Origin: an uncultured delta proteobacterium | Lineage (GTDB): Bacteria; Myxococcota_A; Polyangia; Polyangiales; Houyiibacteriaceae | DNA length: 64,000 nucleotides | NCBI GenBank assembly: GCA_963704865.1 | Contig: CAVPIE010000002.1 | Span: 654,989-718,988 of the forward strand | Direction: 5' to 3' | Shown: one piece after another, positions 1 through 8,373 of the stretch | Position numbering within the stretch: position 1 is the stretch's first letter | Layout of the letters: the number at the start of each line of letters is the position of its first letter | Position numbers and translations under genes: made by a program | The notes under the pieces: generated by a model | The model's input: only the letters and a program-made list of their open reading frames with translations | The model's database searches: none | Told to the model about the DNA's origin: nothing

Positions 1-41
1 TCCGCCCTAAGTGTCGGTTTTCTAAAAACTTTTGGCGATCG

Positions 42-70
42 TTGACACCGGCTGAGCCCCCACCTAGTTT
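42..70 (+). promoter_or_regulatory. candidate sigma-70-type promoter (TTGACA-17 nt-TAGTTT) upstream of the kinase gene
   Basis: TTGACA at 42-47, 17-nt spacer, TAGTTT at 65-70, 12 nt before the ATG at 82. Motif match by eye only. Confidence 0.3.
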
Positions 71-81
71 GATGGATCGCG

Positions 82-1410
82 ATGGTTGAGCGAATCGGAA
101 CGTGTCGCGTCCTCGGGCAAATCGGCAGCGGAGGCATGGCTGTCGTCTACGAAGCGATCCAGGAACCGCTCAATCGGCGTGTCGCGATCAAGGCGCTCAA
201 GCCGTCGATCGCGATCGACAGCCAGTTCGCCGCGCGCTTCGAACGCGAGGCCAATTTCATGGCGTCGCTCCAGCACGAGAACATCCTGCACGTAATCGAC
301 TTCATCAAAGATGGGCGCTCGATGTTCATCATCATGGAGTACGTCGACGGGATCGATCTCTACGATTTGCTCGAGCGCTCGCCGCGCCTACCCGCCGACA
401 TCGCGGCCATCATCACCCTGCAGCTCGCGCGTGGCCTCGACTACGCGCACTTTCGCGGGATCATCCATCGCGACATCAAGCCCGCAAACATCATGGTCTC
501 GATGCAGGGCGACGTGAAGGTCATGGACTTCGGCATCGCGCGCCACGAGCGCTTTGGCGACTTGACCGAGACGGGGACGGGCCTCGGCACACCGAGTTAC
601 ATGAGTCCGGAGCAGATTCTCGGGGACAAGCTCGATTTTCGCAGCGACATCTTTTCGGTGGGGATCGTGCTCTACCAGATGCTCACCGGCCGAAAGCCAT
701 TCGTCGAAGACGAGGCGCGGACGGTCATGCAGAAGATTCGGCTCGACCGCTACGAGGCGACGAGGAGGCTCGGCGTCGAAGTGCCACGAAAGCTCGAGCG
801 AATCATGGCGCGTTGCCTTCAAAAAATGCCTGCAAATCGCTACCCAACCACGCAGGCCCTCATCGACGACCTCGCCGAGTTTCTCGCGCCCCGTGTGCAG
901 ATGAGCCACAACGCGCGCCTGGTCATGTTCCTGAACGAAATCGGCGTGATGACCGGCGACCAAACCGACGAAGTGCTGTCCGCCGTCGCGCCGGGCGCGC
1001 TTCGAAGCGGGCGGCGCAACGGCAACTTCCTCAAGAGCATCGCCAAGTGGCAGGCGGCTGCCCTGGCCGTGCTCGCCATATCGGGGCTCAGCGTGCAGGC
1101 GGCGAGCGGTCGCTGGTCGGGCCCGCCGCTTGGACAGGCACCGGTGACCTTGAACCCCGCAGAGTCCGGACTTCTGACGGTCAGCGCTGACCCTTGGGCG
1201 CACGTGCAGGTCGATGGGCAGCATGTGCTGACGACCCCGGCAGCACGGGCGATTCTTCTGCCGCCCGGCCGGCACTATCTGAAGTACAGCAACCCTTACT
1301 TTGTGTCCGTCGAACATGAAGTCGTCGTCGAGACGGGCGAGACGGTGCACGACCGGGCGACGCTTACCGAGCCGATCGCCATCGCGGAACAACCGCAGGC
1401 GACGCCATGA
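82..1410 (+). CDS. Hanks-type Ser/Thr protein kinase with a C-terminal TM segment and PEGA-like extracytoplasmic tail
   Basis: 442-aa ORF. Gly loop GSGGMAVVY, VAIK lysine, catalytic loop HRDIKPAN, DFG and SPE motifs. Hydrophobic segment AAALAVLAISGL, then a tail (LLTVSADPWAHVQVDGQHVL...) resembling a PEGA beta domain. Confidence 0.9.
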   Translation: MVERIGTCRVLGQIGSGGMAVVYEAIQEPLNRRVAIKALKPSIAIDSQFAARFEREANFMASLQHENILHVIDFIKDGRSMFIIMEYVDGIDLYDLLERSPRLPADIAAIITLQLARGLDYAHFRGIIHRDIKPANIMVSMQGDVKVMDFGIARHERFGDLTETGTGLGTPSYMSPEQILGDKLDFRSDIFSVGIVLYQMLTGRKPFVEDEARTVMQKIRLDRYEATRRLGVEVPRKLERIMARCLQKMPANRYPTTQALIDDLAEFLAPRVQMSHNARLVMFLNEIGVMTGDQTDEVLSAVAPGALRSGRRNGNFLKSIAKWQAAALAVLAISGLSVQAASGRWSGPPLGQAPVTLNPAESGLLTVSADPWAHVQVDGQHVLTTPAARAILLPPGRHYLKYSNPYFVSVEHEVVVETGETVHDRATLTEPIAIAEQPQATP

Positions 1411-2327
1411 GGCAAAGGCTCGTCTCTGCCCTGCTCGTCGTCGGTTTCAGCGCGCTCGCCGGGGCCGCAGGAGCGCAGCCCGTGTACACGCACGCCGTGC
1501 AGGATGGCGACACGCTCGCGTCGATCGCGCAGCGCTATTATGCAGACCCCACGCGTGAAGCGGTCTTGCGCGAGGCAAATCGGATGAAGGGGTCTGGGGC
1601 CAGCGAGCTCGTGTCGGGGAGTTGGATCTTCATTCCGATGGTGAGTTTCTATCGCGTGAGCAAGGACGAAACCTGGAAGTCGATCGCAACACAGTTCTAC
1701 GGAATGCCCACGCGGTCGTCCATCTTGATCGAAGCGAACAATGGCAACAGGCGCGTCGAGCCTGACGAAGGCGCCGAGCTCCTGATCCCCTACCCGCTGC
1801 GTCACGTGGTGGCGCCCGGCGAGACGCTTGCGAAGATCGCGAAGACGTACCTGCCCGATAGCCCTCTGTCCGTGAAGCGACTGCGCGCATTCAACCCAAG
1901 CGCTCGAATCGAGCGAGGTCAGGTCGTGTTGGTTCCCTTGTTCGATCTCCGGCTGGCGGGCGAAGGACAAACCCAGGCATCGGCGGCGTTCATGCTCGCG
2001 GCTGGAGGGGGAGCTGCCAAAGCGGCGCAGGACGAAGTCGAAAGCGCGCTGCCGAAGCTCATCGAGCAGGTCGGAAACGCCCAGTTTGCCGAGGCGGTCG
2101 CGCTCGGGAACCGGCTCCTCGGAACGCAGAGCCTGAGCTCGACGCAGGTGGTGACGATCGAAAAAGAGCTCGCCGCGGCCTACGTCGCACTCGAGCGAGC
2201 GGACCTCGCCGAAGCTTCCTTTCGTGCAGCGCTGGCCCTTCAGCCCAACCTCGAGCTCGACACGGTGCGCACTTCTCCCCGGGTCCTCGAGGCCTTCAAT
2301 CGGGCCAAGCAACCCATCAAAGACTAG
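1407..2327 (+). CDS. secreted LysM-repeat protein with TPR-like helical C-terminus
   Basis: ATG overlaps the kinase stop (ATGA at 1407-1410). Signal-peptide-like MRQRLVSALLVVGFSALAGAAGA. Three LysM-like repeats (DGDTLASIAQRYY, KDETWKSIATQFY, PGETLAKIAKTYL). Confidence 0.8.
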   Translation: MRQRLVSALLVVGFSALAGAAGAQPVYTHAVQDGDTLASIAQRYYADPTREAVLREANRMKGSGASELVSGSWIFIPMVSFYRVSKDETWKSIATQFYGMPTRSSILIEANNGNRRVEPDEGAELLIPYPLRHVVAPGETLAKIAKTYLPDSPLSVKRLRAFNPSARIERGQVVLVPLFDLRLAGEGQTQASAAFMLAAGGGAAKAAQDEVESALPKLIEQVGNAQFAEAVALGNRLLGTQSLSSTQVVTIEKELAAAYVALERADLAEASFRAALALQPNLELDTVRTSPRVLEAFNRAKQPIKD

Positions 2328-2333
2328 TCGCTG

Positions 2334-3335
2334 CTACTTTTTCTTTTTGATCTTCTTCGGCCTGTACTTCGCGGGGCGACTGTCCGCGCTCGTCACCTGT
2401 GCCGCAGGACCCGCTGCTGATTCGAGCGCCCAGGGCGGGAGCGCGATGTCGCCGTTCTCTTCGGCGCGCTTTCGCAAATGGATGTACGCGATGATGCACA
2501 CGGGGATGAGCGCGAGCGAAATCAGCTGAGAGGTCGAAAACCCAAAGGCAAAGCCGCGCTCCGGGTCGTCTCGCAGGTATTCGATGAGGAATCGCCAAAG
2601 GCCGTAGAGCCCGGCCACGACGACGAGGATCTGGCCTCGAAACCTGCGGTGCATGAGCAGCCAAGTCGCGAAGATGAACAGGAGCAGGCCCGCAACCGAT
2701 TCGTAGATCTGTGTCGGATGGACCGCGAGCGAGCTCAGGCGTTCCACCATGAGGTCGGGATACTCCTGCAGGTGGTGCTGATAGGCAGGCGAGCCGTTGA
2801 TCGTTTGGTCGCAGGCAAACGTTGGGTACGCCTCGCTGTCCCATTTCGGAAAGGTGCCCGCGGACTGCAGCCAGCTCGGCGCACTCTCCCGGAGCGGGCG
2901 GCCGTAGTCACAGCCATAGAGGTAGCAGCCGACGCGCGTCAGCATGAGGCCCGAAGCGAGCGTGGGAACGGCGATGTCCGCGAAGGGGAGAAGGGGGATC
3001 TTTTTGATTCGCCAAAAGGCCAGCGCCGTGACGAAGCCGCCGAGAAAGCCGCCGTACGCCACCAGGCCGCCCGCACGAAGGTCGAACCAGGACCCAAAGC
3101 TGTCGTAGGAGTCCAAGTTGGTGAGAATGTAGAGCAGTCGGGCGCCGACGATCGCGCCTACGGCCGTCCAGGTGAAGCAGCTGGCGAGAAGCTCTCGGTT
3201 GAAGCCCTCGACCTTCTTGCCCATGTACATGATGTAGTACCAGGCAAAGAGCAGGCTGCTTCCCAACATCACGCCATAGGAGTAGATCGGGATCGCGCCC
3301 CAGGGCGTCGGAATGCTGAAAAGGACCGGATGCAT
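2334..3335 (-). CDS. lgt: prolipoprotein diacylglyceryl transferase
   Basis: 333 aa, multi-TM. N-terminus MHPVLFSIPTPWGAIPIYSYGVMLG and GGLVAYGGFLGG are typical of Lgt. Lys-rich C-terminal tail. Confidence 0.9.
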   Translation of the reverse strand: MHPVLFSIPTPWGAIPIYSYGVMLGSSLLFAWYYIMYMGKKVEGFNRELLASCFTWTAVGAIVGARLLYILTNLDSYDSFGSWFDLRAGGLVAYGGFLGGFVTALAFWRIKKIPLLPFADIAVPTLASGLMLTRVGCYLYGCDYGRPLRESAPSWLQSAGTFPKWDSEAYPTFACDQTINGSPAYQHHLQEYPDLMVERLSSLAVHPTQIYESVAGLLLFIFATWLLMHRRFRGQILVVVAGLYGLWRFLIEYLRDDPERGFAFGFSTSQLISLALIPVCIIAYIHLRKRAEENGDIALPPWALESAAGPAAQVTSADSRPAKYRPKKIKKKK

Positions 3336-3389
3336 TGGGCGGGAATCTCGCCGGGTTCGCCTCGGGGGTCAAGTGGCTTTGGTTGGGCG

Positions 3390-3680
3390 ATGAACGAGCT
3401 GCGCGTGCGGGAACACGATGGTGCGGTCGTTTTCGAGGTGCGGGTAGCGCCGCGTGCGAGTCGTAGCCGCGTCATTGGGGTGCAAGATGGCGCGCTCAAA
3501 GTTGCGCTCACCGCGCCGCCGGTCGATGGCGCGGCAAACGAAGCGCTTCGGAAGCTGCTGGCAAAAACCCTTGGCGTCTCCAAATCAGACGTCGAGATCG
3601 TCCGCGGCGATCGCGCGCGAATCAAGGTGCTGCGCGTCAACGGAATCCGTGCGACCGACGTTCGCTTCGAACTGGGCTAG
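3390..3680 (+). CDS. DUF167 (YggU-like) small protein
   Basis: In-frame ATG at 3390 inside the 2478-3680 ORF, giving 96 aa. VRVAPRASR...ALKVALTAPPVDGAANEAL pattern is typical of DUF167. The upstream part of that ORF is antisense to lgt. Confidence 0.8.
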   Translation: MNELRVREHDGAVVFEVRVAPRASRSRVIGVQDGALKVALTAPPVDGAANEALRKLLAKTLGVSKSDVEIVRGDRARIKVLRVNGIRATDVRFELG

Positions 3681-4117
3681 TTGACGATCACCCGGCGAAG
3701 GATCCACTGATCTTTTTCGCGCCGGAGATCGAAGACCGTATTGGCCAGGCCGGCATCGGTTCGAAGCCGCAGTGCGATCCGGGCGCGCTCGCCGTCGAGC
3801 GAAATGCTTTCCTGAATCAAGTGAAGCCTCGAGCCTTCGAGGGACGCGAGTGCTTTGCGCGCATCGGTCTTGAGCGCAGCCGCGTTGCGGTTGCTGTAGC
3901 GTCGCCTGTGTCCGTCGTGCACGAGCTCCACGGTGACCTTCGACGGGTCTGCGTAGCGGAGGGCATTGTCGATGCGAGATTCGGACACCTTCCCTGTCAC
4001 CGAGTCGATGAACTCATCCATTCGCTCGCGGTCGGTGACCACGATGGCGTCAGTGACCAGCGCAGCCCCGACCACGATCGAGAGGATGACAAGGAGATAG
4101 ATACCCGTTCGTCTCAT
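3677..4117 (-). CDS. hypothetical N-terminally membrane-anchored protein (146 aa)
   Basis: Internal ATG (MRRTGIYLLVILSIVVGAALV...) gives one N-terminal TM helix plus a soluble domain. GC3-rich codons. Last gene of the pspA-strand block. Confidence 0.6.
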   Translation of the reverse strand: MRRTGIYLLVILSIVVGAALVTDAIVVTDRERMDEFIDSVTGKVSESRIDNALRYADPSKVTVELVHDGHRRRYSNRNAAALKTDARKALASLEGSRLHLIQESISLDGERARIALRLRTDAGLANTVFDLRREKDQWILRRVIVN

Positions 4118-4214
4118 GACGTCCTCGAGCAATGCAGGCCTCGTGCCAGCCCATGCGGCGCCAGTTTCCCTTTTGATTTCGAGTAAAAAGCGACCGATAT
4201 CCCATGGTTGACTG

Positions 4215-5471
4215 TCATTGTGGCAGGCATGTCGCGGCGGGCTGGGACACATTGGCAGCGGGTGCCGCATGACGAACCGAACGCGCGCGGCGCTCCAGCC
4301 ATGCGGTCAGACCTACCAGGGCAGAGCCGAAACCGGCGAGCGCCAGCCAGCCACTCGGTTGGAATACCTCGATGGCGTGCACGACCTCGATCACGAAGCC
4401 AAAGCCGGCGAGTGCGATCCCCGAGTAGAGCGAAGGGCGGCGGCCCCTGACGAAACCGTAGCTCGCGATGCCGAGGCCCAGGGCGATGGCCTGGAGGGCT
4501 GCCCAGGGCCGTGGATCGATGAGCAGGGTGGTCATTGCGGTGGTCGCGTTGAGCGTGACCGCCGTTCGAAGGAAGAACACTTTGCTGCGAGCGCTCGTCG
4601 CGGCGAAGGCCAGCAGCGGGATGGACGAAATCAGACCATAGGCCAGCCAAACGCTCGAGGCGGAGAGGGTCGGCCACCAAGGGCCCGTTGCATCGACAAA
4701 CGCCGCGACCGAAAGGAGGGTTGGCACGATCGCGAACCGTTCGATCGTGGCGTCTCCACTCTTCTTTCCAAGCGTGAAGAGGGCCAATGCGGTGGTTCCT
4801 AGGATGGCTCCCCAAAATGCGGTGGAGACGTCATAAAAGAGGAGTTGGCGCGAGGCGATGACCACGGCCGGTGCCACCAGGGAGGCGACCGCCAGCCGTG
4901 ACTCCGAGGTCTGCGGCTTGATGCGGGCCGCACAAAAGGCGGTCATTCCGAGAATTGGAACGACGGTTAGGGTTGCGGCAAGCGAGCTTCGATCGGGGAC
5001 CAGCAAGAGCGCGTGACCTGCGACGCTGGCAGCGGTCAGCAGGCCCGCGTGCGGACGCGAGAGCACACGAAAGGCCGCCCAGATCAGGGGAATCAGAGCA
5101 AGCCCGGCGCCCAGAACGAGCAGGAGCGCGGCCGTGGGGCTGGGCGCGACCCATTGAGCCACCGGCCCGAGGCTCTTGGTGTCCGTCCCAAACTGCGACA
5201 GGACGAACCCACCAAGCACGCCTGCGTGAATCGGGATGAGCGCGAGCAAGGTGAGCATCAGGACGCGCGCGCTCCGGCCCTCTTGCAATCGGATACCGCA
5301 GACGTAGGCTAGGGCGGGCAGCAGCGTGGTCATCCCCAGCAGCGTGAGATACCGGGACATATCCCCGACCTGATCCCAGCTCTGCACGAGGAACGTGCCC
5401 GCAGCAGCCACGATCATGGCGGCGCCGCACCAGCGCAGCATTTGAAACAGTTGTTGAAGTCGCGTTTCCAT
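4215..5471 (-). CDS. polytopic integral membrane protein, unknown family
   Basis: 418 aa, almost entirely hydrophobic segments (10 or more by eye). Starts 8 nt after the pspA-like stop on the same strand. Confidence 0.7.
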   Translation of the reverse strand: METRLQQLFQMLRWCGAAMIVAAAGTFLVQSWDQVGDMSRYLTLLGMTTLLPALAYVCGIRLQEGRSARVLMLTLLALIPIHAGVLGGFVLSQFGTDTKSLGPVAQWVAPSPTAALLLVLGAGLALIPLIWAAFRVLSRPHAGLLTAASVAGHALLLVPDRSSLAATLTVVPILGMTAFCAARIKPQTSESRLAVASLVAPAVVIASRQLLFYDVSTAFWGAILGTTALALFTLGKKSGDATIERFAIVPTLLSVAAFVDATGPWWPTLSASSVWLAYGLISSIPLLAFAATSARSKVFFLRTAVTLNATTAMTTLLIDPRPWAALQAIALGLGIASYGFVRGRRPSLYSGIALAGFGFVIEVVHAIEVFQPSGWLALAGFGSALVGLTAWLERRARSVRHAAPAANVSQPAATCLPQ

Positions 5472-5479
5472 CTAGCCTC

Positions 5480-6115
5480 CTAGGATTCCTCGGTGCGCAG
5501 CGCTTCGAGCTCGAGCCGAAGATCTGCGGTTTCATCGACGGCATCAAGCTCGGCTTCGAACGCGTCGAGCGGTTCAGCGCACTCCGATGCGATCTCGATT
5601 TCTCCAACCCGCGTTTCCCATCGATCAAAGACTTCTTCGAGGTCACCGATCGGTCCGGTCGTGCTCGCCATTCCGTGAGCGGCTTCAGCACGCGACTGGC
5701 GCGTTCGCATCAAGTTCTTGCGTTCGTTGAGCTCGCACAAACGCGCGTTCAACATCCGGATGCCTTCGCCGAGCTCCTTGTGTGATCGCTCGTGCTCGGC
5801 CAGACGCTGGCGCAGTAGCTGCAGCCGCCGCTCCGACGCTTTGAAGCGGCGCATGCATTCGAGGGCAACCGTTTCGTCCTCGGCGGACTTCGCCCGCCGG
5901 CGCCAGGCTTCGATCGCGCGCTCTTCCTGAGCGAGGCTGTCCCTCAGGGTTTGCTGGTCGCGCTCGACCCGCTTGAGCTGGACCCGTGCCCGCGCGGTGG
6001 ATTGGCGAACCCGCCCGATCGCCGCGCCGACGGCCGCCTCGTGGTTCTCCACCTGGGCCAGCACGCCATCGACCCAGCTCGTCACGCTCATGCTCCATCG
6101 CTTCATTCGATTCAT
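5480..6115 (-). CDS. pspA: PspA/IM30 family (phage shock protein A-like) coiled-coil protein
   Basis: 211 aa, heptad-rich. The C-terminal half (RTRQSRAEAAHG..., FDRWETRVGEIEIASE, LDAFEAELDAV) parallels E. coli PspA. GGAGG lies 5 nt upstream of the ATG. Confidence 0.85.
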   Translation of the reverse strand: MNRMKRWSMSVTSWVDGVLAQVENHEAAVGAAIGRVRQSTARARVQLKRVERDQQTLRDSLAQEERAIEAWRRRAKSAEDETVALECMRRFKASERRLQLLRQRLAEHERSHKELGEGIRMLNARLCELNERKNLMRTRQSRAEAAHGMASTTGPIGDLEEVFDRWETRVGEIEIASECAEPLDAFEAELDAVDETADLRLELEALRTEES

Positions 6116-6137
6116 CGGGACCTCCTATGCCCAGTAG

Positions 6138-6153
6138 AGCAGGGAGCGTGCCA
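6138..6153 (-). promoter_or_regulatory. sigma-54 (-24/-12) promoter for the pspA-like operon
   Basis: Minus strand reads TGGCAC-gctcc-CTGCT (GG-N10-GC spacing intact). The -12 GC lies about 24 nt upstream of the pspA ATG, leaving a short leader that contains the GGAGG RBS. The divergent gene encodes a sigma-54 activator. Confidence 0.65.
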
Positions 6154-6242
6154 GGCCCGATTAGATTGAAATCATTGAGGAAAATGGCCAGTGCTTGGCC
6201 AATACGTACATAAAATGAACAGGCTGTGTACACTGATTGCAC

Positions 6243-7760
6243 ATGTTTGACTCACAGACCGCCGCTCGGCTTGATGCCATCGGGAAGCTTGGCTTCACCA
6301 ATCCCTTTGGGCGCGACCGGCCGAAGCTCGAGGCGATCATCGTGGGCGAGCAGGTGGCGCGCTCCTCGCCCTGGAGCCGCTCGTTGGACTGGCCGCTCGA
6401 AGACCCGGCGCTTCCCGCGATTCAAGAAGAAGCGGAACGGCAGATGGCGGCTGCGCGGACCGGCTTCGAGCGCGGCGCGGCATACAGCGAGCATGACTGC
6501 GACCTCATTCGGGGCACCGCCTTATACGTGCTCTACTATCGCTACGACTCCGAGCTGTACGAGTCGATAGTCGCCAAATCCGCCGACGAGACGGTGGCTT
6601 TCTACGACGGGTTTCAACAAGATTTTCGCGAGTTGTTCCGGTACGTCGGTCCGCCCCGATGGGCAAGCGCCCCCGCCGACCTATTCGCGCTCTTCTTCCA
6701 AACGCGGCGCGCCTTTCATTTCGTCTTTCATCAGATCCTCGGCAACTCGATCGCCGCCGCAAAGCTGCGCGCGAGCGTCTGGGAGTCGTTGTTCACGCAT
6801 GACCCCTGGCGCTATCTGCAGCATCTCCAAGGTCGGATGCATGAAGCGAGCACCTTGATTCTGGGCCCCTCGGGAACCGGAAAGGAGCTCGTTGCAAGCG
6901 CGATCGGTCTGTCCTCGTTCATTCCATTCGACGGAGGCCGCCGTCGCTTCGCCCGAGATTTCCGGACGGCGTTTCATCCGCTGCATCTCGCGGCGATGTC
7001 CAATACGCTCATCGAATCGGAGCTCTTTGGGCACAAAAAGGGTGCGTTTACCGGCGCGATCGCCGACCGCATGGGTCACCTCGAAGGACGTACAGCGAGC
7101 GAGACCATCTTCATGGACGAGATCGGCGAGCTCGATCCGGAAGTCCAGGTCAAGCTCTTGCGGGTGCTGCAGTCGCGGACGTTCCACCGGTTGGGGGACA
7201 GCGCGCCAAGAAGCTTTGGAGGCAAGGTGGTTGCAGCGACGAACCGGGACCTAGCGCGCGAAATGCAGGCCGGGCGTTTTCGCGAGGACCTCTACTATCG
7301 CCTCTGCTCGGACGTCATTCGAACCCCATCTCTCAAAGAGCAACTTGCGGGCGACCGTGACGAGCTTGCACATCTCGTCGAAGTGTTGATTCAACGCACT
7401 CTTGGCACCGCGGACAGCGCGAGCTTCGAAGAGGTCATGTCCGGAATCGACCGGGGCGTCGGCTTTGACTACGCATGGCCCGGCAACATGCGGGAGCTCG
7501 AGCAGTGTGTGCGCAACCTCTTGATACACGGCCGCTACCTTCCGGCGACTGCGGCTCCTGCAAGCGGCGGGCTCGACGCGCTCATCGAGCAAATGCAAAA
7601 CGCAAACGCCACCCTGGACCAGGTCATCTCCACCTACAGCAGCTGGGTCTACCAACGAGAAGGCAACTACACCCGAGCGGGCCACATCCTAGGCGTCGAC
7701 CGCCGCACCGTGGCCAAACACACAGGGGACACTCTCCGCCCCTCCAAGCACCTGAAATAA
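6243..7760 (+). CDS. sigma-54-dependent transcriptional activator (bEBP, PspF-like position) with an unrecognised ~200-aa N-terminal domain
   Basis: Walker [27 protein letters not shown] (GAFTGA loop), IFMDEIGEL, GNMRELEQCV, C-terminal HTH YTRAGHILGVDRRTVAKH. ATG at 6243 preferred over the TTG at 6237. Confidence 0.9.
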   Translation: MFDSQTAARLDAIGKLGFTNPFGRDRPKLEAIIVGEQVARSSPWSRSLDWPLEDPALPAIQEEAERQMAAARTGFERGAAYSEHDCDLIRGTALYVLYYRYDSELYESIVAKSADETVAFYDGFQQDFRELFRYVGPPRWASAPADLFALFFQTRRAFHFVFHQILGNSIAAAKLRASVWESLFTHDPWRYLQHLQGRMHEASTLILGPSGTGKELVASAIGLSSFIPFDGGRRRFARDFRTAFHPLHLAAMSNTLIESELFGHKKGAFTGAIADRMGHLEGRTASETIFMDEIGELDPEVQVKLLRVLQSRTFHRLGDSAPRSFGGKVVAATNRDLAREMQAGRFREDLYYRLCSDVIRTPSLKEQLAGDRDELAHLVEVLIQRTLGTADSASFEEVMSGIDRGVGFDYAWPGNMRELEQCVRNLLIHGRYLPATAAPASGGLDALIEQMQNANATLDQVISTYSSWVYQREGNYTRAGHILGVDRRTVAKHTGDTLRPSKHLK

Positions 7761-7914
7761 CAGCCTTTCTCCTGCAAAGATCGCAGCGACAACCCACCGT
7801 GCGGCCTTCTTGGGGGGTCGAGGACGTAGCTACGTGCCGCCGCGATCTTTCTCCCAAAATCCTTCCCATATCGGGTATTTAGAACCCCGGAGAGTGTCCC
7901 CTTCTGTTGCGACG

Positions 7915-8373
7915 GTGCGCTTGTTTACGCCCGCGGGTTGGGTGATTGGAACGTTGCATGTTCCGGCCGGGATGGGGCTGTTGCCGTTTTTGAACGGCGA
8001 TGAAGCGTTCTTCCGGATGACCAACGTCAGCATGCCGGCTCAGCCCGAGACGATTCCGTTTCTGGCGCTGCAGCGCAAGGCGGTCTTGATCGTCGTGCCG
8101 GGCGAAGATGTCTTGCTTGGCCTCGACGAAGACGATGGTCGCACGCGTCATGAAGTGGCCTGCTTGTTTGCCGGCGGGCTCGTGATGGGAACGCTGTCCT
8201 TGTCAGAAGGTGTTCGGGTCTCAGACGAGCTCATGGGGTCTCAGGAATTTTTCGCGATCGAAGATTGCACGGTAGGCATCGATGCGACGCCGGATCCCGT
8301 CATGGAAGCCGAGAAGCTCGTGTTCGTGCACGCAGCCGAGATTTTTGGTGTCGCGGAGCTGGACAGCGAATGA
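7915..8373 (+). CDS. hypothetical protein built from two copies of a ~65-aa domain
   Basis: The GxVxGTL...FF pattern occurs twice (GWVIGTLHVPAG...EAFFRM and GLVMGTLSLSEG...QEFFAI). Start uncertain (GTG 7915, ATG 7972 or ORF-track 7810). Stop overlaps the next ATG. Confidence 0.55.
   Translation: MRLFTPAGWVIGTLHVPAGMGLLPFLNGDEAFFRMTNVSMPAQPETIPFLALQRKAVLIVVPGEDVLLGLDEDDGRTRHEVACLFAGGLVMGTLSLSEGVRVSDELMGSQEFFAIEDCTVGIDATPDPVMEAEKLVFVHAAEIFGVAELDSE

Noticed and set aside
6185-6199. Plus-strand sigma-54-like element TGGCCA-gtgct-TGGC upstream of the activator gene.
   Set aside because: The -12 half reads TGGC rather than TTGC. The sequence is equally well explained as a TGGCCA-N5-TGGCCA palindrome (activator binding site), and pspF-type genes are normally sigma-70-driven. 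It is kept only as a note in a finding.
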